Part shown: positions 17,325-25,449 of the stretch, one piece after another
Layout: the number at the start of each line of letters is the position of its first letter
Numbering within the stretch: the stretch's first letter is position 1
Source of the DNA: Gemmata obscuriglobus
GTDB taxonomy: Bacteria > Planctomycetota > Planctomycetia > Gemmatales > Gemmataceae
Assembly: GCF_008065095.1 (NCBI RefSeq)
Contig: NZ_CP042911.1
Coordinates: forward strand, 1,230,001 to 1,262,000
Reading direction: 5' to 3'
Length of the DNA stretch: 32,000 bases
Made by a program: the position numbers and the translations under genes
Notes under the pieces: model-generated
Told to the model about the DNA's origin: nothing
Databases searched by the model: none
The model's input: only the letters and a program-made list of their open reading frames with translations

Positions 17325-19676
17325 TTACGGAATGTGAATGAACTCGTTGGCCGCGAGCACCGCCTGACACACCGCGGCCCACGCCTTCCGGGCGCGCTTC
17401 GCGGGGTCGGCCTCGCTCGCGAACTCGCGCTCCAGGGCCGCCACGCCGGCGGTCACGCGCTGGACCTCCTTCTCGGACGGCGGCCGACCGTAGGCCAGCG
17501 CGAACAGCAGCCCGACGCGTTCGGTGGCACCGCGGTCGGGGCCGGCGAGCACCCGGCCGGCGAGCGCGTCGGCGGCACGGGTCGCGAGGTCGCTGTTCAT
17601 GAAGAACAGCGCCTGCGTGGGCACGGTGGTGGTGGCGCGGTCGCCGTTCGGCACCGCCGCGTCCGGGGCATCGAACAGTTGGAACACGTCGTACAGGTTG
17701 TTCCGGACGACCGGCAGGTACACGGACCGCCGGGCGCTCGTGTAGGTCGTCTGGTCCTTCGACGTGTGGTCGAACAGGAAGTCGCGGTTCTTGACGTGCG
17801 CGAGCACCGGCCCGCCCGCGGAGCGGTCGAGCTGCCCGCCCACCGCGAGCAGCGCGTCGCGGACCGCCTCGGCCTCGAGGCGCTTCACGTTCGCGCGCCA
17901 CAGGAGGCGGTTGTCCGGGTCGGCCGTGACCGCTTTCGGGTCGTGGGCCGCGCTCATCTGGTACGTCGCGGACAGCATGAGCCGCTTGTGCAGCGCCTTG
18001 ACGCTCCAGCCGTTGCGGACGAAGTCGGCCGCGAGCCGGTCGAGCAGTTCGGGGTGCGTCGGCTTCTCGCCGATGAGCCCGAAGTTGTCGGCGGACCGCA
18101 CCAGCCCCTTACCGAAGTGCCAGCGCCACACCCGGTTCACCATCACGCGCGGGGTGAGCGGGTGCTTCGGGTCGGTGAGCCAGTTGGCCAGTTCGAGCCG
18201 GCCGCTCTGGGTCTTCGGCAGCGGGGGCTGCTTCTCCCCGGCGAGCACGACCGGGAACCGCCGCGCGACGACCGGCCCGGGGGTGAGGTGGTTGCCCCGG
18301 CGCAGAAGCGGCACGTCAACGGGCGTGCCCTCGGTCGTCCCCATCGCGGAGGGGAGTTCGGGCGCGGCCTTCTCCAGCGCGGCGATCTCGTCCTGGAGCT
18401 TCTTCGCGGCCTGCTTGGACGCCTCGTCGGGCTTCCCGCCGAGCGCCTTCAGCTCGCCCTTCCGCTTCGCTATTTTCGCGTCGTGTTCGGCCTTTCGCTT
18501 GGCCTCCTCGGGAGCGGTGAGTGGGTTCTCGTGCCACCGCGCGACCTTTCGGAAGTGCTCCATCGTCTTCGTACCGGCGAACACGCCCGCCAGCGCGTAG
18601 TAATCGGCGAGCGTGATGGGGTCGAACTTGTGGTCGTGGCACCGGGCGCACCCGATCGTCAGCCCCATTACCGTGCGCCCGAGCGTGTCGAGTTGCTCGT
18701 CCACGATGTCGAGTTCCATCTTCTTTTCGTCGGGCTCGGCGAGCACCTTCGGCCCGAGCGCCAGGAACCCGGTCGCGATCAACTGCTCGTTCCGCGCGGC
18801 GGGCGTGTCGGCCGGGAGCAGATCCCCCGCGACCTGCTCCCGCAGGAACCGGTCGTAGGGCTTGTCGGCGTTGAAGCTCGCGATGACGTAGTCGCGGTAC
18901 CGCCAGGCGTTGCCGTGCGCGATGTTCTCGTCGAGGCCGTTGCTGTCCGCGTACCGGGCCACGTCGAGCCAGTGCCGGCCCCACCGCTCGCCGTAGTGCG
19001 GTGACGCCAGCAGCCGGTCGATGACCGCCTCGAAGGCGCCCGGGGCGCTGTCTTTCAGGAACGCGTCGATCTCTTCGGGCGTGGGCGGGAGGCCGGTCAG
19101 ATCGAACGTCGCGCGGCGGATGAGCGTGCGCTTGTCGGCCGGCGGAGCGGGTTTCAGACCGGCGGCTTCGAGCTTCGCCAGCACGAACCGGTCGAGGTCG
19201 GAGCGGGGCCACGCCGCGTTTGTGACCGCCGGCGGCGCGGGCGCGGCGACGGGCTGAAAGGCCCAGTGCTTCGTCGGGTCCGCCGTCGCGGTGCCGGCCG
19301 CCGCTGGGAAGAAGGCGCCGCGGGCGGCCCACTTCGCGAGGTCGGCAATTTCGGCGTCGGTGAGCTTCTTACCGGGCGGCATCTGTTCGACGCCGTTCGC
19401 GTGGCGCACCGCGCGGAGCAGCAGCCCCTCGTCGGGCTTGTCCTTCGCGAACAGGGGCGCACCGGACCCGCCGCCCTTCGCGAGCGCGGCGGCCGAGTCG
19501 AGCCGCAGGTCGCCCTTTTGCTTCTCCGGCCCGTGGCACTTGAAGCACTTTTCGACCAGGAGCGGCCGGATCCGTGCTTCGAAGAACTTCACGTCCTCGG
19601 GCGTCGGGTCGGCGGCGCGGGCCGGCGCCCCGAGGGCCAGCAGAAGGACAGGTAGAACGAGCGGGGTTGATCGCAT
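17325..19676 (-). CDS. PSCyt1 plus DUF1549 (PSCyt2) plus DUF1553 (PSD1) domain protein, secreted
   Basis: Start MRSTPLVLPVLLLALGAPARA (signal peptide). Motifs are CFKCHGPEKQKGDLRLDS and CARCHDHKFDPI. The 20-codon upstream extension was rejected. Confidence 0.92.
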   Translation of the reverse strand: MRSTPLVLPVLLLALGAPARAADPTPEDVKFFEARIRPLLVEKCFKCHGPEKQKGDLRLDSAAALAKGGGSGAPLFAKDKPDEGLLLRAVRHANGVEQMPPGKKLTDAEIADLAKWAARGAFFPAAAGTATADPTKHWAFQPVAAPAPPAVTNAAWPRSDLDRFVLAKLEAAGLKPAPPADKRTLIRRATFDLTGLPPTPEEIDAFLKDSAPGAFEAVIDRLLASPHYGERWGRHWLDVARYADSNGLDENIAHGNAWRYRDYVIASFNADKPYDRFLREQVAGDLLPADTPAARNEQLIATGFLALGPKVLAEPDEKKMELDIVDEQLDTLGRTVMGLTIGCARCHDHKFDPITLADYYALAGVFAGTKTMEHFRKVARWHENPLTAPEEAKRKAEHDAKIAKRKGELKALGGKPDEASKQAAKKLQDEIAALEKAAPELPSAMGTTEGTPVDVPLLRRGNHLTPGPVVARRFPVVLAGEKQPPLPKTQSGRLELANWLTDPKHPLTPRVMVNRVWRWHFGKGLVRSADNFGLIGEKPTHPELLDRLAADFVRNGWSVKALHKRLMLSATYQMSAAHDPKAVTADPDNRLLWRANVKRLEAEAVRDALLAVGGQLDRSAGGPVLAHVKNRDFLFDHTSKDQTTYTSARRSVYLPVVRNNLYDVFQLFDAPDAAVPNGDRATTTVPTQALFFMNSDLATRAADALAGRVLAGPDRGATERVGLLFALAYGRPPSEKEVQRVTAGVAALEREFASEADPAKRARKAWAAVCQAVLAANEFIHIP

Positions 19677-20589
19677 GGCGTGCCGGGTTGGGAAGCGCGG
19701 CGGGTGGGAGTCAACATCTTCCCACAGCGACCGCACCGGTGCAAGTCGCTAGGCGCCACGCGGTCCGCGGGCGTCTCAATAACCTGATGGCACCGCGCCT
19801 CATTTCTCGTGTCGGGCTGCTCGGAAGTTCGCGCTACCGCTTTTTTGAGCGGCTCGGCGCCGCGTATGGCCCAGAGTCGCGAGAGCACACGCCGGGGTCA
19901 ATTGCACGCAAGTTGCTATTTTGCATTGGCTTGCACCGTCGGACCGAGCGCTATAAGCTGTCGCTTTGCGAACCGTATCGTGCGTTGGAAGCGTGAAATT
20001 CGTGCCAGTAGTGTCCCAGCGAACGGGGAGTCGGTTGGAAGCGAGTCGGTAGCAGAGGGCCAGCAAGGAAACCAGTCGACGACCCGCCCGGCTGTAACCT
20101 CCGTTACAAAGGGCCGCCCTGTTGCGAGCGGCACAGTCGCCCCGATCGCCCTGCCTTTTATTTGATAAACGGCAGCAAGACCTGCACAGTCACCCATGAA
20201 CCGGCGTCCGTTACTCCTGTCGCGCCGGCACGCATGGTCGTTTCGCGGGTCGCGGCCGCCTCGGAGTGAGCCACCAACCCTTGTAAGGGCACATATACGG
20301 CTGATGGCCCGCAGCCGTAATTCGGGTTCCTCGCGATTCGGCGCCACGGCTGACGCGCGCGCGGATCGAGCGGGCGCCCTCCCGGTTCGATCCCGCAGGG
20401 TTCGGCAAGGTGAATGAAATTTGCGCCCCGCCTTGGTAAAATCCGGGAGGCCGCCGGCGGCCGGGTGCCCCGCGCCCGGCCCGAAAACTTCTATGCCCCT
20501 GCCCCCCACCGGTCCGTTTCAGGAAGTACGATAAAGGGTACGGTGTGGCGCGGGCGCGCCCCGCCGGCGCAGGGAGGAGTTCGCAGACG

Positions 20590-22500
20590 ATGGCTGAGAT
20601 CGAAGCGATCACCGACGTCCAGGCCGACCCCAGGAAGTCGGCGGTCATGGCGCGGCAGTACGGGCGGCGGTTCCCGCTGCCCCCCAACAAGCCGCTCAAC
20701 CTCGGCCGCGACGAAGGCAAGATGGACATCGCCATCCCGGAGGACGACCAGATCTCCCGGTTCCAGGCGATCCTCACCTGGGAGCCGGCCAAGGAGAAGC
20801 TCACCGTCCAGACCCGCCCCACCAACCCGGGCTACCCCAACCCCCCGGCCAACCAGACCCTCATCTTCGACGAGAAGTCCAAGCGGCTCATCGAGGCCCC
20901 GCAGGGCCGGTGCGTGGTCGGCCGCGGCGAGTCGTTCTGGATCGGCCAGACCCGGTTCACCCTGCACAGCGACGACGAGTCGGCGCCGGAGAGCCCGGTG
21001 GACGCCACCATCGCGCCGCGGCAGGAGGAGAAGACCCGCGCCCAGCTCGAGGAGATCCCGTTCGCCAACCCGGCCGCGGCCCTCCGCGCGATGGAGAACC
21101 TGCCCAACACCATCCGCGCCGTCGGCAACGAGCAGGCCCTGTTCCGGCAGATGCTGCGGGTGGTGATGGACGCGATGCCGCGGGCCGACGCCGCCGCCAT
21201 CGTCCGCATCCCCCCGGACTGCCCGCCGAACGAGAAGCGGCTCAGCGTGCCGGAGTTCAGCGTGCGGCCCAACACGTCGCACGCGCAGAGCGGGTTCAAC
21301 CCGTCGAAGCGGCTCGCCCACCGGGCCATCCTCGAGCGCCGGCGGAGCTGCCTGCACTGCTGGTCCCCGGACTCCACCGGCAGCGGCGGCGCCGAACTCA
21401 CGATGGCCGACACGCACGTCCACGGGGTCACCCCGTGGGCCGTCTGCACCCCGTTCCAGGACGGCTCCCGGTACGCGCTGTACGTCGCCGGCCAGACCGG
21501 CGGCCAGTGGAACATGCTCGACAAGGCCGCCCAGGACAAGATCGTCAGCGACCTCACGCAGTACCAGAAGATCGGCGAGCTGCTCGTCGGGGTGATCGAG
21601 ACGACCCTCCGCGTGAGCCGGCTCACCGAGCAGAACAAGGTGATCCGCCGGGCGTGGCCGCAGAGCCTGTGGAAGTACCTCGACGACCCGGCCGAGCTGG
21701 AGCGGATGCTGGTCCCCGAGGAGAAGACCATCACCACGCTGTTCTGCGACCTGCGGAACTACTCCCTGTTCGCCTCGCAGAACGCGTCGCAGCTCATCCA
21801 GTCGCAGCGCGAGATCGGCAACGCGCTGAACACGATGGCCTCGGCCATCACCGACCGCGACGGGGTGGTGGGCGGGTTCCGCGGGGACGCGGTGCTCGGG
21901 TTCTGGGGGTGGCCGAAGCTCCAGCACCGGCAGGTGGAGCTGGCGGCCCGGGCGGCGCTGGCGATCGCCGGGCGGCTGAACGACTACACCCGCACCGGGC
22001 GGTGCGGGGTGGCCATCACCCACGGCACCGCGGTGGCCGGGCGCCTGGGGGCGCACGACCTGGCTGTGGTGGACCTGTACGGCCCGGTGGTGAACCTCAC
22101 GTTCCGGCTCGAGGGCATGACGAAGGCGTTCGGGGTGCCGATCATCGTGTCGGAGGAGATCGCGCAGCAGGTGCGCGAGGCGGACCCGACCGGCCGCGAG
22201 ATGCGGACCCGCCCGCTGGGCAAGGTGCGGGCGAAGGGGTTCCCGGAGCCGCTTCAGGCGTTCGAGCTGTACTCGGCGGTGCTGCCGAGCGTCCCGGACT
22301 GGCTGCAGGAGCAGTGGGCCGACGCGGTCGAGCTGTTCACCGACGGGAAGTGGGACGCGGCCGCGGGCCTGCTGGCGGACCAGTTCCCGGACGACCCGGC
22401 GGGCAAGTGCCTGATCCGCGTGATGGACGCGAACAAGCGCCGGGTGCCGGACAAGTGGGACGGCTCGTTCGCGCCGCCCGCCCCGGCCGGCTCGGAGTGA
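20590..22500 (+). CDS. FHA-like plus GAF-like plus class III adenylate/guanylate cyclase
   Basis: Start MAEIEA, preceded by GGAGGAG. The FHA-like segment is LNLGRDEGKMDIAIPEDDQISRFQAIL. The GAF-like middle runs from LFRQMLRVVMDAMP to YALYVAG. The cyclase core is ITTLFCDLRNYS, GGFRGDAVLGFWG, GPVVNLTFRLEG. Confidence 0.88.
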   Translation: MAEIEAITDVQADPRKSAVMARQYGRRFPLPPNKPLNLGRDEGKMDIAIPEDDQISRFQAILTWEPAKEKLTVQTRPTNPGYPNPPANQTLIFDEKSKRLIEAPQGRCVVGRGESFWIGQTRFTLHSDDESAPESPVDATIAPRQEEKTRAQLEEIPFANPAAALRAMENLPNTIRAVGNEQALFRQMLRVVMDAMPRADAAAIVRIPPDCPPNEKRLSVPEFSVRPNTSHAQSGFNPSKRLAHRAILERRRSCLHCWSPDSTGSGGAELTMADTHVHGVTPWAVCTPFQDGSRYALYVAGQTGGQWNMLDKAAQDKIVSDLTQYQKIGELLVGVIETTLRVSRLTEQNKVIRRAWPQSLWKYLDDPAELERMLVPEEKTITTLFCDLRNYSLFASQNASQLIQSQREIGNALNTMASAITDRDGVVGGFRGDAVLGFWGWPKLQHRQVELAARAALAIAGRLNDYTRTGRCGVAITHGTAVAGRLGAHDLAVVDLYGPVVNLTFRLEGMTKAFGVPIIVSEEIAQQVREADPTGREMRTRPLGKVRAKGFPEPLQAFELYSAVLPSVPDWLQEQWADAVELFTDGKWDAAAGLLADQFPDDPAGKCLIRVMDANKRRVPDKWDGSFAPPAPAGSE

Positions 22501-22744
22501 CACGGCCCGCAGACCACCGCCAGCCAACTATGGTTTCAGGCTGCGACCACCAACTTCTGGATCGAGACATACTCGCACCTGTTGATGGACCGCCCCGTTA
22601 CAGGCTGGACGATCACGCCCACTACCGCCGACGTGCTGCCCGTTTACACCCCCGGGGCAACGAGCCTCGATTACGCGATCTGGCTCCTCGGAAACTAGTC
22701 ATGGCGACGCCGCCGGACCTCGAAAAGCGATGCAGGGCAAATGA

Positions 22745-22773
22745 GTAAGCCCCCGGGACCTCCGGGGCCTTAC
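22745..22773 (-). terminator. Stem-loop 19 nt downstream of the mazF stop
   Basis: GTAAGCCCCCGG / CCGGGGCCTTAC gives a 12-bp stem with one mismatch and loop GACCT. On the minus strand it is followed by TCATTTG. Confidence 0.45.
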
Positions 22774-22791
22774 TTCTACTCAAAATCCAAG

Positions 22792-23163
22792 CTACTCATC
22801 ATCCGTCTCAATAGGGCAGAACACGCCCTCGGGGTCAATCAAAGCGAGCACTTTCTCTACCACCTGATTAACCGTCTCCTCGTCAAATTTGGCAAACGGC
22901 TGGCCGCCTCGGTTCTTCCAGTCCACGCTCTTCATCTGATCACTCAGAATCACGCCAGTCACGCCAGTGCCCGGGGGAGCTGCCACCTCAAACGGCTGCC
23001 CCCTCACCGTGTTCGTGATGGGGCACACAATAGCCATCCCTCGCTTGTTGTATTCCGCAGGAGAGACTACCAAGGCCGGGCGGTGTCCCGCTTGCTCATG
23101 TCCCGCTTGGGGGTTGAAGTCCAAGCGGATCACGTCACCACGGGCCGGAACCGAAACGCTCAT
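22792..23163 (-). CDS. mazF: MazF/PemK-family type II toxin (mRNA interferase)
   Basis: GDVIRLDFNPQAGHEQAGHRPALVVSP...GMAIVCPITN...RGQPFEV...GVILSDQMKSVDWKNRG closely parallels E. coli MazF. It overlaps the antitoxin stop by 4 nt (ATGA). Confidence 0.9.
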   Translation of the reverse strand: MSVSVPARGDVIRLDFNPQAGHEQAGHRPALVVSPAEYNKRGMAIVCPITNTVRGQPFEVAAPPGTGVTGVILSDQMKSVDWKNRGGQPFAKFDEETVNQVVEKVLALIDPEGVFCPIETDDE

Positions 23164-23390
23164 AAAACCTCGTTACCAACAGGTGGACCGAAATCGACAG
23201 GTTCATGCTGGTTCTCATCGGTCATGAGAGCCAACAGCTTTGCTAGGGAAGGCCGGCGACGCACGGCCTTCACGATCCGAACGCGCACTTCTTCGAGTCC
23301 GATCTGCTCCACCGTGACCAGCTTCTCCTTAAAGTTTGCTGGCAACACAACACGGACCCGATCGTCAACCTTTCGAGTGACGATAGACAT
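23160..23390 (-). CDS. mazE: MazE/AbrB-family antitoxin
   Basis: MSIVTRKVDDRVRVVLPANF (SpoVT/AbrB-like). The C-terminus LAKLLALMTDENQHEPVDFGPPVGNEVL resembles the E. coli MazE tail. GAGGAA lies 8 nt upstream of this ATG. An alternative start at 23420 would add 10 codons. Confidence 0.85.
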   Translation of the reverse strand: MSIVTRKVDDRVRVVLPANFKEKLVTVEQIGLEEVRVRIVKAVRRRPSLAKLLALMTDENQHEPVDFGPPVGNEVL

Positions 23391-23882
23391 AGAACCATTC
23401 CTCGTGATTACGTCACTCAACTAATGGGTGACGCTAAAGAAGGCGATTCGCGCCTTGCGAAGATGGGGCGCGGCATTGTTGTGTCGCTCCCCCATCGACC
23501 CCTATGCAGGGCCGCTCCCACACGACAGCACCTTACCATAAATGACACACGTGGGTCAACGGGGCTTTCCCACTGGTGGGAAAATGGGCATGCCATTAAG
23601 CGTTTGGAGCTGGGTTAACGAAGCAAGACCCGTTTCCAACCCCTGCAGGGCAACGCAGAGATTCAGACTCGGATAAGTGTCCAATGACAGCAAATTCGTA
23701 ACTCCCTAATTTCCAATCATTACGTCGCTTTGCCGGGTGGATCTTGTGGTCACCCAGGCTACCTAGCTGAACCCTTGCGCAGCCCGGCGCGCCCTCAATC
23801 GTCTCTTGATTCGCCCCGCCCCCGCCGGTATGCGGCCCGCCAAACTGTGGTTGCGCGGGCTGTTTTCTGGGGGAGTTCGGCC

Positions 23883-25124
23883 ATGCGATACGTCCGCTCG
23901 CTGTTGGGGGTCGGGGCACTTTTGGTCGGCGCCGGTGGCGCCGCGGCCCAACCGGGTGCGTTCCCCGGCGCCGGCGAGCGGGCGCCGGGCGGCGCGCCGT
24001 CGGCCCCGGTTTCCGCGCCGGCGTCGCTCCCGCCCGTCAGCACCGTCCCGCCCGGAACCGCGCCGGCGGCGCCGGTGCGGTCGCTCGCCGCGCTGTCCGA
24101 CGACCACCTGCCGGTCAAGGACCTGACCCCGCACGGCGGGTTCGGGGACATCCACCCGCCCGCGGACCACGGGCACCACGAGGTCTCCGGCGCGCTGAAC
24201 GCGGTGGTGCCGAGCCACGGCGGCTGGTACGTGTCCGCCGAGTACCTGCTGATGCGGCCGCGCACCTCGGACCTCGACTTCGCCGTCCGGAACACCGCCG
24301 CCACCGGGCTGGCCACCACCGGCCCGATCGACTCGCTCAAGTACCAGCTCGGCAGCGGCATTCGGGCCGGGCTCGGGTACGTGTTCGACGGCGGCAAGTG
24401 GGAGGCGACGTTCCAGTACACGTACCACACCGCCGGCGGCGACAGCACCGTCTTCGCGCCGGCCGCGGCGGCGAACCCGGCGGCCAACACGGTGCCGAGT
24501 TCGGCGGTGCTGTTCCCGACGCTGACCCGCCCCGGCCTGACCGACCGCGCGCTGAGCGCCACGGCCACCGCGGACCTCGACTACCAGTTGTTCGACATGG
24601 CCGCCGGCCGCCGGTTCGTGATCTCGGACAACCTGGCGGTGCGGGCGCTGGCCGGGTTCCGGTTCGCGGACATCCGGCAGACGTTCAACGCGTTCTACGA
24701 CGGGTCCGACGCGCGGCGGGCGGCGGTGAAGACCCGGTCGCGGTTCGAGGGGTTCGGCCCGACGCTCGGAGCCGAGGGCACGCTGGCCGCGGAGTACGGG
24801 TTCCACCTGTACGCCCGGGGCCAGTTCGGGTTCCTCAGCGGCCGGAGCACCAACCAGGTGCTCGAAACCAACGACAGCGGCGCGACGACCTACGTGAACG
24901 TCCGCAACGACACCCAGCGCGAGGTGCCGTTCGGCACGGTCGCGCTCGGCCTGGGCTGGCAGTACCGCACCATCGCGCTCCGGGCCGGGTACGAGGTGAC
25001 GCACTGGCAGGACATCTTCTCCCGCCCGCGGTTCACCGACGACGTGGGGCAGGGGAAGGTCATCAACCGCCCGTCGAGCCTGTCGCTGGAAGGGCTGTTC
25101 ATCCAGGCCAGCGTGATCTACTGA
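23883..25124 (+). CDS. Outer-membrane beta-barrel protein (BBP7 / Legionella-OMP-like)
   Basis: Start MRYVRSLLGVGALLVGAGGAAA (signal peptide), then a Pro/Ala-rich linker. Alternating amphipathic strands follow. The C-terminus LFIQASVIY ends in an aromatic residue. Confidence 0.78.
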   Translation: MRYVRSLLGVGALLVGAGGAAAQPGAFPGAGERAPGGAPSAPVSAPASLPPVSTVPPGTAPAAPVRSLAALSDDHLPVKDLTPHGGFGDIHPPADHGHHEVSGALNAVVPSHGGWYVSAEYLLMRPRTSDLDFAVRNTAATGLATTGPIDSLKYQLGSGIRAGLGYVFDGGKWEATFQYTYHTAGGDSTVFAPAAAANPAANTVPSSAVLFPTLTRPGLTDRALSATATADLDYQLFDMAAGRRFVISDNLAVRALAGFRFADIRQTFNAFYDGSDARRAAVKTRSRFEGFGPTLGAEGTLAAEYGFHLYARGQFGFLSGRSTNQVLETNDSGATTYVNVRNDTQREVPFGTVALGLGWQYRTIALRAGYEVTHWQDIFSRPRFTDDVGQGKVINRPSSLSLEGLFIQASVIY

Positions 25125-25140
25125 GCGCGGGAGCCGGTCA

Positions 25141-25394
25141 CACGTGCCCGGTGGTCGTGTCGCAGTTCTTGACGGCCGCGACCGCCCGGGAGCGGGGCAC
25201 GAACGCGAGATGGGGATGAAGACCGTTTTGACAGGATCGACCGGATGAACAGGATTTAAAATCGGTCGGTCTTCATCCTGTCGATCCTGTCGATCCTGTC
25301 AAAAATTGCCTTCAGAAGCGTGCGCCCCGCACGGGCCGCAAGAAGCAGCCCGTTCTCGTACACGTGCCCGGCGGTCGCGGCTCGTCAGAAAGCG
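25141..25394. repeat. Family B copy B3: split palindrome with its apex replaced by about 170 bp, plus a partial extra arm
   Basis: Left arm TTGACGGCCGCGACCGCCCGGG (25169-25190). Right arm CCCGGCGGTCGCGGCTCGTCAG (25367-25388). 25141-25165 (CACGTGCCCGGTGGTCGTGTCGCAG) is a degenerate direct copy of 25361-25388. Confidence 0.75.
25214..25304. repeat. Family D: AT-rich element with interleaved inverted repeats and a 9-mer tandem repeat
   Basis: GGATGAAGACCG (25214-25225) pairs with CGGTCTTCATCC (25267-25278). The 30-mer 25226-25255 matches the reverse complement of 25275-25304 with 3 mismatches. GATCCTGTC occurs three times in tandem. Confidence 0.8.
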
Positions 25395-25449
25395 ACACCC
25401 GCGGCGGGCCCCTGTACGAGCGCACAGGGCGGCCCCCCCGCACCGCAAC

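Noticed and set aside
55-19004. Very long ORFs in the track that overlap the called genes in other frames or on the opposite strand. Examples: 55..1497+, 770..2260+, 4316..6472-, 6079..7752-, 8140..10914+, 11375..12925+, 13947..15461+, 15808..17901-, 15945..19004+.
   Set aside because: Their translations are dominated by Arg/Pro/Gly/Ala/His runs and show no recognisable motifs. That is typical of stop-poor alternative frames in high-G+C DNA. In each case the overlapping called gene has clear family motifs and a signal peptide.
19930-19956. Sigma-70-like pair TTGCAC-15 nt-TATAAG in the long leader.
   Set aside because: The spacer is short and promoter consensus for this lineage is not established. 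A hexamer pair of this quality is expected by chance in a lower-G+C stretch. It is mentioned only inside the leader finding.
20372-20404. tRNA-like string GGTTCGATCCC, considered as a possible tRNA, tmRNA 3' end or att-site remnant.
   Set aside because: With TTCGATC as the T-loop only 3 of 5 T-stem pairs form. No acceptor stem partner, CCA or upstream D/anticodon arms could be found.
19916-20509. 197-aa minus-strand ORF and 73-aa plus-strand ORF (20196..20417) in the cyclase leader.
   Set aside because: They are Arg-rich with no motifs and no SD-like box. They are kept only as part of the unexplained-leader finding.
22501-22698. Stop-codon readthrough or selenocysteine at the cyclase TGA, because the frame stays open for 66 more codons.
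   Set aside because: No SECIS-like hairpin was seen right after the TGA. The cyclase domain is already complete and composition changes abruptly at the stop. A gene relic in the islet is the more economical reading.
20491-22748. ORFs 20491..22527- (678 aa) and 20910..22748+ (612 aa) overlapping the cyclase gene.
   Set aside because: These show the same Arg/Pro/Gly-rich artefact pattern. The frame at 20590..22500 carries the cyclase catalytic motifs.
22741-23424. 227-aa plus-strand ORF across the mazEF locus.
   Set aside because: It is antisense to two genes with strong family matches, and its translation has no recognisable features.
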